Positions 54,045-63,002 are shown, counted from the stretch's first letter. The stretch: 64,000 nucleotides of DNA from Candidatus Thorarchaeota archaeon (GCA_048882645.1 JBHLRJ010000001.1:22945-86944), one strand, 5' to 3'. Translations and numbers: made by a program. The notes: generated by a model not told the origin, from the letters alone.

Positions 54045-54830
54045 ATGATAAAAATTATTGGTGACAATGAATTCTCTTCCTTTACACACCTCAAAAAAGA
54101 ACTTGGGGTGAGCACTGGTACAATATACCATCATTTAGAGACACTTTCAGATTTAATAGAACAAAGGGCAGATAAAAAATATTATCTAAAAGAATTAGGA
54201 ATTTATGCTTATAATTCTTTGAAAGAAAACATTGAAACAATTAAAGCACCAGAGAGAGAATTTAAATCTGCTATTTTAAGAAAGTTCATGATAATAACAA
54301 CTAAACGTCTCATATTATTCAATGAGTCAGATAAGATATTTACGATCTTAATATCAATTGGTATATTGGTTTTTGGCACATTATTTTGTATATTAAATAA
54401 TTTTGCTTCCTTCTTGTTATTTTTCATTGATATAAATAGGAATAGTTTAGATACTTTTTTTCAAATCTTAGTTAACTTAAGTTTTATTTTGAATTTTTTA
54501 GTTTTTTTTATAATTATTGAAATCATCTCTCGTGTCTTTTATAGGAAGAAGGAAAATTCTCTTAAATTCTTTTTATCTTTTGCAATAATTCAGTTTCCAA
54601 TGCTTTTTTATCTTATCATCCACTTAGTTTTTCAATATACAGAGTTATTAAGTATAAATATCATTAGCCTAATTGACAATATTTTAATGATCCTTTTTCA
54701 AGTTTGGTCATTATGGTTATTATCCTATAGTATGAGTGTCAAGAAAGGAATTAAAATAGAAAATTGTTTGATTATATCATTACTTATAAATTATAGTGGG
54801 TTTACGATTATATTACTCACATTTATCTAA
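54045..54830 (+). CDS. ArsR-like wHTH protein fused to a multi-pass membrane domain (5' end probably upstream of 54045)
   Basis: 261-aa ORF from the first ATG, with 'FTHLKKELGVSTGTIYHHLETL' as the recognition helix, followed by about 5 TM segments. Upstream, the in-frame 'FYYALGHEIRRK' supplies wHTH helix 1 (see finding). Confidence 0.65.
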   Translation: MIKIIGDNEFSSFTHLKKELGVSTGTIYHHLETLSDLIEQRADKKYYLKELGIYAYNSLKENIETIKAPEREFKSAILRKFMIITTKRLILFNESDKIFTILISIGILVFGTLFCILNNFASFLLFFIDINRNSLDTFFQILVNLSFILNFLVFFIIIEIISRVFYRKKENSLKFFLSFAIIQFPMLFYLIIHLVFQYTELLSINIISLIDNILMILFQVWSLWLLSYSMSVKKGIKIENCLIISLLINYSGFTIILLTFI

Positions 54831-56127
54831 GAATCTCAAAATTAAGACTCTTCATTGATTTTATAATTTCTTCCACCCTTATTCTAGATGAGAGCAAATT
54901 GTCTGTTTTGGTTGCTATAAAACTCGTAAATTGGTTAGATCCTCCCATCAATATTGGAGGAGTGATAAATTCAGGGATCTTTCTTACAAGTTTATTCAAA
55001 TATTGCTTCATATCCTCATTGTTAATTTCTGATTCATTATAACAAAACTCCATTCTTGAGAAAAGAGAGAATTTCAAATGTTTCACATCCGGAGATTCTA
55101 AGCTACCTAGGGTTGAATCTAAAATTAGTTTTGCTGGATTATGGTTAATTACATTTCTTAATCCTATATATGAAGTTGTTAATCTTGGATTAATTTCTAT
55201 AAAATGGTACTCTGATTTTTCTTTATGAATAAAATCCATACCAAAATAGCCTCTAAATGCTGAGAAGTCGATTTTTTTAAACATTAGTTCTAACTCTAAG
55301 GTAATTTCTTTATGATTTTTTACAGGTGTATATCCCCCATAATATTCAGATTTATAATTATGATTTTGAAGATTAATATCTTGAGAATTTATGCTTAAAA
55401 TCAGGGGAAAACTAATATGAGAATTTATAATATTGGTGAAACCTATTAATGAAGCGCTTAAATCACTCCCATCAATAAATTCTTGAATAATATAAGTTCG
55501 ATTGTCATTTAATATGTTTTTATATTCATGAAAAAACTTCAAAATTTGATCATGTGTTTCAAAATAATAAATCGATTCTGCTCCAACGCCATCTTCGGGC
55601 TTTATCACGACTGGACTTTTTAATTTATCAAATTTTTGAAAAATAAAATCCTGATCTAATCTTCCACCATTCAAGGGAATTTTATAGGCTTTAGGTGTTC
55701 TTATTTTATATGATTTAAAAAATTGATAATTATTTAGTTTTGAAGATCCCACTACAATACCTTCTAAATTAATGCTTAGAAGAATCTTATCAAACTTTTT
55801 AACAAATTTGGTTAACATATATAAAATATTTGATGATTCAGGCGCAATAATAAACACATAATTGCATTTTTCAAGAGAAATTTTGAATTTTCTGAGATAA
55901 TCTTCATTGTTATTTATCTGGACTATATTATCTGCTAGTAAAAACTTCGATAAATCAAAAATTCTAAAATCTAATAAAGTAAAAATTTCAAAATCTAGTA
56001 GTTTGAAATCGGTGATAATTGAGTTTAACATCCCAAAACCTTCACATAAAAGAGATATCGGGATGTTAACTTGACTAAAACCTCCTCCTGAGGCAAATTC
56101 AAAAATAAGAATTCTTTCTTTTTTCAT
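54823..56127 (-). CDS. ATP-grasp domain enzyme (carboligase-like)
   Basis: 434-aa ORF. 'VVIKPEDGVGAESIYYF', 'YIIQEFIDGSDLSASLI' and 'GYFGMDFI...HFIEINPRLTTSY'. Confidence 0.75.
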   Translation of the reverse strand: MKKERILIFEFASGGGFSQVNIPISLLCEGFGMLNSIITDFKLLDFEIFTLLDFRIFDLSKFLLADNIVQINNNEDYLRKFKISLEKCNYVFIIAPESSNILYMLTKFVKKFDKILLSINLEGIVVGSSKLNNYQFFKSYKIRTPKAYKIPLNGGRLDQDFIFQKFDKLKSPVVIKPEDGVGAESIYYFETHDQILKFFHEYKNILNDNRTYIIQEFIDGSDLSASLIGFTNIINSHISFPLILSINSQDINLQNHNYKSEYYGGYTPVKNHKEITLELELMFKKIDFSAFRGYFGMDFIHKEKSEYHFIEINPRLTTSYIGLRNVINHNPAKLILDSTLGSLESPDVKHLKFSLFSRMEFCYNESEINNEDMKQYLNKLVRKIPEFITPPILMGGSNQFTSFIATKTDNLLSSRIRVEEIIKSMKSLNFEILR

Positions 56128-56245
56128 GTAAAGTTATACTCTCTCTATTCAGAATTAGAATATCACTTTATAAAAATATTATTATAGATTAGTTTTAAAA
56201 TGATGGTTAAATAACTTTAATTAACTCAAATTTAACAAAAACTGC

Positions 56246-57490
56246 GTGAATGTAGTAATGACTTTTTTTACAGAAGAAATGCAGCAAAGAATTAGATATC
56301 TGCATTTCAAGATAAAGCATATTGAAAATGCTTTAGAAAAAGATGATGAATATTTTAGTCTAGATGATCTAAATCTTATATTAGAATATACTAAGATCTT
56401 GAATAAAAACTATCAAAAAGAAAATCACTTTGAAATTTTAAAGGATTTAGATATTACACCCTCCTTTCAAGATTTCTTGGCGAATAGAGAGATAGATATT
56501 CAAGATATTATGTTTGAATGTGCTCGTGTACTTTGGATTATGGCTAAGGCATATTCTCAACTTTCTGAGAAATATGAGGAAGAAAAAGATTGGGAAAATG
56601 CAATAATAGCTATGACAGAATGTAGCAAGATTTATAAAACCTCTGCCTATTTTAGTGCTGCAGCCATATTCCAAAAAGATATGGGAAATATTCTTAGTTC
56701 AGAAAATTTAGAATTAAATTCAGAAGAAGCTAGAATTCTTGCTCAAAGCATAGGAGCATTACATGAAGAAACAAATAACAATATCTATTTTGCTTCAAAG
56801 TTATATGCGGGGCTTAGTCTATTGTCAAAAAGGTTGTTTTATTTGAAGCAACATGGTGAAAAAAAGAAGCAACAAATTCGGGCTCAATTTCATTATGATA
56901 TGGGAAAAGCGTGTTTCCTTAAAGCTAAAGCTTCTGTTGAATCCTCAATTACCAATATAAATAAAGAAAAAGTAAAAAAACTACATCAAAAAGCAATTTG
57001 GTACTATGAAAAAGCTAAAGAAATTTGGGATGAAATGCTTAAAACTCTTACCTTAACTAACGAAGAAAAAGAAAACATTAAATTAAATTTGTCAATAGTT
57101 GAAGAAAATCTTAAGGAAAGCGAATATGAAGAATTGAGCTATGAAGAAATCAAAAAAATACAGGATCCAGAACCAATAATAATTATACCTGAAAATTTGG
57201 CTCCTTTTGTACCAAAAAATATTATCTATTTAACTAAATTTGTGCCGAAAGATTTAAACATTAAAAGATTTAAAGGATATCAAAGAAAGAAATTAGAAGA
57301 AAAAATACCTTATAGTAAGAAAGAGAAGTTAATAGATCAGAAAGCTGGTGTTGTACGAACACTAAATGAATTAAAATTGTTAAAAGAAAATAATGAAATT
57401 GATGTGGAAAAATATGCTGAACTTATGGAGAAATACTCCACTAAATTGAAGATGATTGAATCAGCAATAGGAAAAATTGCTAAAAAATAA
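56246..57490 (+). CDS. uncharacterised helical-repeat (TPR/BRO1-like?) protein with C-terminal coiled coil
   Basis: 414-aa ORF (GTG start). All-helical with paired amphipathic helices, followed by a 'PEPIIIIPENLAPFVP' linker and a Lys/Glu-rich tail. Confidence 0.55.
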   Translation: MNVVMTFFTEEMQQRIRYLHFKIKHIENALEKDDEYFSLDDLNLILEYTKILNKNYQKENHFEILKDLDITPSFQDFLANREIDIQDIMFECARVLWIMAKAYSQLSEKYEEEKDWENAIIAMTECSKIYKTSAYFSAAAIFQKDMGNILSSENLELNSEEARILAQSIGALHEETNNNIYFASKLYAGLSLLSKRLFYLKQHGEKKKQQIRAQFHYDMGKACFLKAKASVESSITNINKEKVKKLHQKAIWYYEKAKEIWDEMLKTLTLTNEEKENIKLNLSIVEENLKESEYEELSYEEIKKIQDPEPIIIIPENLAPFVPKNIIYLTKFVPKDLNIKRFKGYQRKKLEEKIPYSKKEKLIDQKAGVVRTLNELKLLKENNEIDVEKYAELMEKYSTKLKMIESAIGKIAKK

Positions 57491-57491
57491 C

Positions 57492-57959
57492 TCAAAATTT
57501 AAACTCGTTCCCTGGTAAAGGCTCTTTTTCTTTTTCTATGTATTTTTTCCGATTTTCTTCTATTTCAAAATTTCTACGTGTTTCTTCTAGAAATACTAAA
57601 TCATAAACCTCTTTTAATGAAAGGACAATCAATGTTGATTCTAAAATGAGAATTAATATGACCATTATTATTTCCAAGTTGTGTAAATCTCTAAAAAGAA
57701 GTAAGCTAAAAGCAGCATTATGTGGAACATAAATAAGTGTAACTCCCCCAATTCTTTTCCCAAATTTAATAATATTCTTATTCTCTAATTTAAAAGTTCT
57801 TTCTAAATTTGATACTTCCCATAAATAATAAATACAAAAACCAAGATTAATAGAACATAAAACAATAATAAGATCTCTTTTTTGGGCTGTAGACCCGAGA
57901 TATGGCTTTAAAACAATCGAACCAATTAGAAAAGTTAATGAAAAGAGAAGAACAATCAA
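57492..57959 (-). CDS. integral membrane protein (4 TM) with charged C-terminal tail
   Basis: 155-aa ORF with hydrophobic segments. It ends 1 nt from the convergent gene. Confidence 0.5.
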   Translation of the reverse strand: MIVLLFSLTFLIGSIVLKPYLGSTAQKRDLIIVLCSINLGFCIYYLWEVSNLERTFKLENKNIIKFGKRIGGVTLIYVPHNAAFSLLLFRDLHNLEIIMVILILILESTLIVLSLKEVYDLVFLEETRRNFEIEENRKKYIEKEKEPLPGNEFKF

Positions 57960-58107
57960 TGCAAGGCTTGTCAGACCGTCCTTAAAATCTTTTAAGTCTA
58001 AGATCTCTCACCGGGGTTTAAGAAATAAAATCAATTTCGAATTTACCTAAAGAAATTATAGATAAATAAAAATTTAATTTTTTATTTTAAGCAACCTTTT
58101 CAATTTT

Positions 58108-58377
58108 ATGTCTGAACAAATTGCAATTTTATTGTATATTAAAAATATGCTAGCAGATTTAATTTACATCAATGGAATAATCGCAACAGAGCTTATTAAA
58201 GTAACAGAAAATACTGAAACAATTTGCCGTGGTAATGATTATTTAGATACAACAACATGTCCCGCTGAACATTATGAATTAAATAAAAAAATTATTGAAA
58301 TCTTAAAAAGATACCAAAAATCATCTGAAGATTTTGCCGGATTAGATACTCATGTTTTAAAAAAACACCAAGAATAA
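58108..58377 (+). CDS. hypothetical small protein
   Basis: 89-aa ORF immediately upstream of the IscU-like gene on the same strand. No motif recognised. Confidence 0.4.
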   Translation: MSEQIAILLYIKNMLADLIYINGIIATELIKVTENTETICRGNDYLDTTTCPAEHYELNKKIIEILKRYQKSSEDFAGLDTHVLKKHQE

Positions 58378-58395
58378 ACTTTTAAAAGAATTATT

Positions 58396-58839
58396 ATGTC
58401 AAACAATTTTGATGAATTTGTTAATAAGCTTCAAAAAGAAATAAATGAAATTGAAATAAATAATCACAACGAGAGAATAGTTAATTTATGTTATAATTCT
58501 GAAAATTGGGGAAAACCTCCAAAAGAAGAAATAACAGTTTCTGAAGAACGCTATGGAGGATCTAAAGGATATTTTCTTGGATTATATTTAAAGATTGAGG
58601 GAAACATTATCATTAAAGCTAATTTCATTACTGATGGTTGTGGTGTAATGATTGCGACAGGGAGTCAAACTACAATTTTAATCAAAGGTCATTCTATTGA
58701 ATTTGCCGAAAAGATCAAAGGTGAAGATATAGAAAAAGCACTAACAGGTTTGCCCAAGAATGAGGAACATTGTTTAGATTTGGCTATTGAAACTCTAAGA
58801 AGTGCAATTAAAAAATATAAATCTAGAAAATTAAATTAA
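58396..58839 (+). CDS. IscU/NifU-N-like Fe-S scaffold homolog (divergent)
   Basis: 147-aa ORF. 'FITDGCGVMIATGS' and 'EEHCLDLAIETLRSAIKKYK' align with IscU 'FKTYGCGSAIASSS' and 'IHCSILAEDAIKAAI'. The first Cys motif (xCGD) is absent. Confidence 0.6.
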   Translation: MSNNFDEFVNKLQKEINEIEINNHNERIVNLCYNSENWGKPPKEEITVSEERYGGSKGYFLGLYLKIEGNIIIKANFITDGCGVMIATGSQTTILIKGHSIEFAEKIKGEDIEKALTGLPKNEEHCLDLAIETLRSAIKKYKSRKLN

Positions 58840-58844
58840 AGTTT

Positions 58845-59588
58845 ATGATGATAGATATAAATATTGAGAATATAGATATTCCTATATTATCAGACAACAT
58901 AGCTCTTAAAGGGTCAATCTATTCATCTTCAAATACACCTTCTAAGGCTAAGTGGATTATTAATCTTGCTGGTTTTATGAATCACAGAGAAAGTTATCTC
59001 GTAAAATTTTTTTCTGAAAAATTTGCTGATGGTGGATACTATGTGCTTTCTTATGACTACCGTGGTCATGGCGAGACACAAAAACAGACTGGATCTAAGT
59101 GGTTTCAAATGATCCCACAAATATTTTCAGATATTCATATTGTAATGGAATGGATAATTAAGACCCAAAGGGAGAGACTTTTAGATAATAAAATTGCATT
59201 GTTTGGAAGGAGTTTAGGGGGAGCAATTATACTTACTCATGGATTTATAGATGAGCGAGCGAAAATTCTGATTGCCCTTAGCACAAGATATGATTATCGT
59301 ACAGTTCAAGGAAGATATCAATCTATAGAAGACTATGAAGGTGAAGATTTAATATATAAAATTAGCCCAAAACATTTCCTAAAAAAAGAGTCGAGGAATA
59401 ATGAGAGAATTATGATTGCACATTGTAAAGATGATGATACTGTCCCTTTTGAAAACTTTATTCAAATAAAAGAACATCTAGGATTAAATAGTGAAAATGC
59501 AATCGAATTTGATACTGGAGGGCATACTTTTTCAGGCCATAGAGAAGAAATTTTCAACTATTCCCTAAAATTTTTAAGAAGGTTGTAA
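58845..59588 (+). CDS. alpha/beta hydrolase
   Basis: 247-aa ORF. Nucleophile elbow 'LFGRSLGGAI' (GxSxG), late 'DDD' and 'GGH' consistent with a Ser-Asp-His triad. Confidence 0.7.
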   Translation: MMIDINIENIDIPILSDNIALKGSIYSSSNTPSKAKWIINLAGFMNHRESYLVKFFSEKFADGGYYVLSYDYRGHGETQKQTGSKWFQMIPQIFSDIHIVMEWIIKTQRERLLDNKIALFGRSLGGAIILTHGFIDERAKILIALSTRYDYRTVQGRYQSIEDYEGEDLIYKISPKHFLKKESRNNERIMIAHCKDDDTVPFENFIQIKEHLGLNSENAIEFDTGGHTFSGHREEIFNYSLKFLRRL

Positions 59589-59641
59589 AAATAGAAAAAA
59601 AGAAAAATTAAAATGATTTATTATATAATGGTGAAGTCATA

Positions 59642-60544
59642 GTGGAAAAAATTTTAATAGCAGGTCCATCCTCCCAAATTCTTGGGGTAAGGGTTGCTCA
59701 AGAATTAGGGATTGAAGTACTGAATACTGAAACGAAACTGTTCCCAGATGGAGAAAATTACTTAAGAATAAATATTGAAAATGAGACTATTATTGCTGAC
59801 AAGGAAATTATAATAATTCAATCTACAGGTCCTAGTTTTAATGGTAATCAGAATAGTCGATTTATGGAACTTCTTATGATGATTGATTCAATAAAACGTA
59901 TGGGTGCTGCAAGAATTATCGTTGTAACTCCATATCTTGCTTATGCTCGGCAAGATAAAGTTTTTAGACCTGGGGAAAGTCAGTTTGCGAGTGTTATATT
60001 TAATATTATCAATTCATTTGGAATAGATGAGTTGTATGTTGTTGATATCCATGCACCAGAAGTTCTCAATTGGTGTTCTTGTAAAGCAGTTAACATTGAT
60101 TCCATGAAAGTTTTAGCTGATTATATAATATCTAAGGGTGCAAAAGATATAGTTGTTGTATCACCAGATAAAGGGGCGATTGCGAGGTCAAAAGCTTTTG
60201 CTAAACATTTTGGAGATAATGTCCCTGTAGAAGTTTTTGAGAAGGATAGAGATGTTAAAACAGGTGAAATCAAAATGACAGGTTCACTAACCTTGAAAGG
60301 AAAAGATGTTGTTATAGCAGATGATATCATTGCTACAGGAGGGACAATGGCTTCAGCAATAAAATTAGCAAAAAAAAGTGGAGCTAATAAGGTATTTGCA
60401 GTTGCAACTCATGCATTATTATTAGAACAAGCTAAGTTCCGGATATTGAAAGCAGGTGCAGACGAAATAATTGGATCAGACTCAATTGATAATGAAGTAG
60501 CTAAAGTAACATTAGCAAAGATTATTGCGGATTATTTAAAATAA
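59642..60544 (+). CDS. prs: ribose-phosphate pyrophosphokinase (PRPP synthetase)
   Basis: 300-aa ORF (GTG start). 'KLFPDGENYLRI', 'PYLAYARQDK' and the PRPP-binding loop 'VVIADDIIATGGTM'. Confidence 0.9.
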   Translation: MEKILIAGPSSQILGVRVAQELGIEVLNTETKLFPDGENYLRINIENETIIADKEIIIIQSTGPSFNGNQNSRFMELLMMIDSIKRMGAARIIVVTPYLAYARQDKVFRPGESQFASVIFNIINSFGIDELYVVDIHAPEVLNWCSCKAVNIDSMKVLADYIISKGAKDIVVVSPDKGAIARSKAFAKHFGDNVPVEVFEKDRDVKTGEIKMTGSLTLKGKDVVIADDIIATGGTMASAIKLAKKSGANKVFAVATHALLLEQAKFRILKAGADEIIGSDSIDNEVAKVTLAKIIADYLK

Positions 60545-60558
60545 GATTATATAACTGT

Positions 60559-61119
60559 TCAATACTCTTTTATAATTTTAAGAACTAAATCCCTAGTTTT
60601 ATTTTTTAAATCTTCAAGAGTTGAATTATTTAATATTCTATAATCCGCTTCTTCAAGTACTTGATCTAACCCAAATTCTAGTTCTCTTTTATCTCTTTCT
60701 CGTAATTCATCTAAGCTCTTGGGATCATCACTTCTTGCCCTTTCAAAAAGTCTTTGGAATCTTATTTCCTCATTAACAACTATAGCAATTATTGGAAATT
60801 TCCAGTATTTTCTAAAAATGTTTACTTCTGAAAGAGATCTTACTCCATCCACAAATATAATATCTCCCTCTAAATCTTTAATGAGTTCGACACATTTCTT
60901 AGCAATAATATCTTGTCCTCCGATTACACGTAATTCTTTTGCTACTCTTCCTAAATTTTCTCCATTTAATTTCAAATTCCTTTTTTTCGCTTCATTTCTA
61001 ACAACATCACCCATCGTAACTATAACACCAAGATCTCTTATTGCTTCTATTGCCGAAGTTTTACCTGAACCCGGTAATCCTGTGATCGTTAGAATTCGTT
61101 TCTTCTTTAATTTTGTCAT
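60559..61119 (-). CDS. P-loop nucleotide/nucleoside kinase-like protein (CoaE/UPF0200-like)
   Basis: 186-aa ORF. Walker A 'TGLPGSGKTS', 'FVDGVRS' and 'RERDKRE' resemble archaeal UPF0200/dephospho-CoA-kinase-like proteins. Confidence 0.6.
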   Translation of the reverse strand: MTKLKKKRILTITGLPGSGKTSAIEAIRDLGVIVTMGDVVRNEAKKRNLKLNGENLGRVAKELRVIGGQDIIAKKCVELIKDLEGDIIFVDGVRSLSEVNIFRKYWKFPIIAIVVNEEIRFQRLFERARSDDPKSLDELRERDKRELEFGLDQVLEEADYRILNNSTLEDLKNKTRDLVLKIIKEY

Positions 61120-61241
61120 CCTATAAATTTTTAAAAAATTGCATTGATTATAATTTAAATATCTAGAATTTGTTTAGATTCTATATAGAAAAAGAAATTT
61201 AGTTTTTAAAAATATAGGATAAGGGCATCACCTACAAAAAA

Positions 61242-62375
61242 ATGAAGAAGAAAAATATTGATCCTTTTGACACACCGGTTTTAGTAACATTAAAAGCATA
61301 TAAACGAATCGTGGGTTATGCTATTAGATATGCCAATGACAACATCAATGAGAGTAAATGGCGCGAGGTTTATGGAATTTTAATAGGATCAATTGAAAAA
61401 GAATCAAAAGTTGTAATTAAGGATGCCATTCCTATGGTTGTTGGCGATAGGGCTGGAGTTAAATATGAAAGTAAACAATATGTTGATATGGCTCAAATAG
61501 ATGCCTCTATATATGAGAGATCTGTTCAAGACGAGAAAAATGATTTTATAATTGGTTGGTGGCATACACATCCGGGTTTTTCTCGTCATGGATTTTTTTT
61601 CTCTCCAATAGATTGTATGACTCAATTAGGATATCAGATCCCGAATCCTTATGCTGTAGGATTAATTTTCGATCACTGTGAAACGAAATCGAGTTCGAAT
61701 TACTTAGGGATTGCAGGAGTCAGATTAAAAAATCCAAACCGTGGTCTTTCTTCCGCGTATGACCTAATAGAGTTGAGCTATGAATTAAAAGAATCGGAAA
61801 TGGTGAAAAAGGCTGAAGAAGTAATAAAAGAAATAAATAATAATATGGATAAAGTTTTAAAAGAACTTGAATATATTGAGGAGATACTTCGGAAAAAAGC
61901 ACTTGCCCAACTTCAGAGAAACTTCGGATTAATTTTGGTCCAAAAAGAAGAAATCAAAGTAACTGATAATGAGGAGGAAGCCGAAGAGGACGAAAGATTT
62001 TTATATGAATGGGATCCGGAATTTTTTGAAAAATCATATCGAATACCAAAATTCAGAGAAAAAATTGAAAGCACAATATCGGAAGCGTATGATGAATTAG
62101 ATCAATTAATTGAACAGGGAGAAAAGGAACAATATGAAATTAGAAAAGAAAAATTAGTAAAGAAAATACAAAATATCCTCAAAAAACCAAATGAGTGGTA
62201 TGAAAAATTAATGGATGATTTCTCAGCACGAATAGAGATAATCAGCCCTTTATTCTTTTATTTAGACACCAATGAAAGAAAGATTGTTGAATATTTTGAA
62301 GAAAGGAGTTCAGAATATTACAGAATATTAGATAATTTAAATACCCGAGCTGAATTAAATTTAGAAGATTTTTAA
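61242..62375 (+). CDS. Rpn11/CSN5-like JAMM (MPN+) metalloprotease with long C-terminal helical extension
   Basis: 377-aa ORF. Glu context 'WREVYGILIGS', then 'FIIGWWHTHPGFSRHGFFFSPIDCMTQ' (compare eukaryotic 'GWYHSHPGxGCWLSGxDxxTQ') and 'YAVGLIFD'. The C-terminal ~190 aa are Glu/Lys-rich helices. Confidence 0.8.
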   Translation: MKKKNIDPFDTPVLVTLKAYKRIVGYAIRYANDNINESKWREVYGILIGSIEKESKVVIKDAIPMVVGDRAGVKYESKQYVDMAQIDASIYERSVQDEKNDFIIGWWHTHPGFSRHGFFFSPIDCMTQLGYQIPNPYAVGLIFDHCETKSSSNYLGIAGVRLKNPNRGLSSAYDLIELSYELKESEMVKKAEEVIKEINNNMDKVLKELEYIEEILRKKALAQLQRNFGLILVQKEEIKVTDNEEEAEEDERFLYEWDPEFFEKSYRIPKFREKIESTISEAYDELDQLIEQGEKEQYEIRKEKLVKKIQNILKKPNEWYEKLMDDFSARIEIISPLFFYLDTNERKIVEYFEERSSEYYRILDNLNTRAELNLEDF

Positions 62376-62468
62376 GAGAAGAATAATTACATCTATTAAT
62401 TATACTTTAAAAATTTATGAAAACATTAATATTGAGAAGATTTTATTAGTAACATAACTTCTTTTTAA

Positions 62469-62828
62469 GTGAATTATTTTTTTCTCGAAAGAGGTTCTTT
62501 CATGGTTAATGACACCACTATTATTATTAGAAAACGAAGTGATAAAGAGAAATCTATTAAAGACGCGATATTTGCATTTTCTGGTGGTAAAAAATCACTG
62601 TTAATAAAGGGAGAAGGAGAAGAGATAAGTACAGCAGTAGAAGTTGCTGAGATTTTAAAAAATCGTATGTACCCAAGGCTAGAAATCGGCAATATATCTC
62701 TTGGAAGCCGTCCTTTTATTCATAGAAGGAATCATAGGTATAATGAAAAAAAAAAGAAAGATAATAAAAGTAAGATAGATATCATTTCAAATATTGAAAT
62801 TACGCTCCAAACGAAATCATTTACGTAG
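62469..62828 (+). CDS. Alba-like nucleic-acid-binding protein
   Basis: 119-aa ORF, with the probable start at 'MVNDTT'. 'IIIRK...SIKDAIFAF..GKKSLLIKGEGEEISTAVEVAEILKNR...EIGNISLGS...ISNIEITL' follows the Alba (Sac10b) beta-alpha-beta-alpha-beta-beta pattern. Confidence 0.6.
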   Translation: MNYFFLERGSFMVNDTTIIIRKRSDKEKSIKDAIFAFSGGKKSLLIKGEGEEISTAVEVAEILKNRMYPRLEIGNISLGSRPFIHRRNHRYNEKKKKDNKSKIDIISNIEITLQTKSFT

Positions 62829-62834
62829 TATAAA

Positions 62835-63002
62835 ATGTCTAATTTTAAGCATTTAGGTCCACTATTGGACGAAGCTCGTACAAATGAGGTTTGTGCACTT
62901 TGTAATAATTTTATTTATAAGCGTATATATTATGATGAAAATTCAAAAAAGAAAAGAAAAGTTGTTTTTGTGTGTAAAAATTGTTTGAAGAACGATGATT
63001 AA
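62835..63002 (+). CDS. small Zn-ribbon protein (55 aa)
   Basis: ATG 6 nt after the Alba-like stop. Hand translation: 'MSNFKHLGPLLDEARTNEVCALCNNFIYKRIYYDENSKKKRKVVFVCKNCLKNDD', with CxxC...CxxC. It is below the ORF-track length cutoff. Confidence 0.45.
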   Translation: MSNFKHLGPLLDEARTNEVCALCNNFIYKRIYYDENSKKKRKVVFVCKNCLKNDD

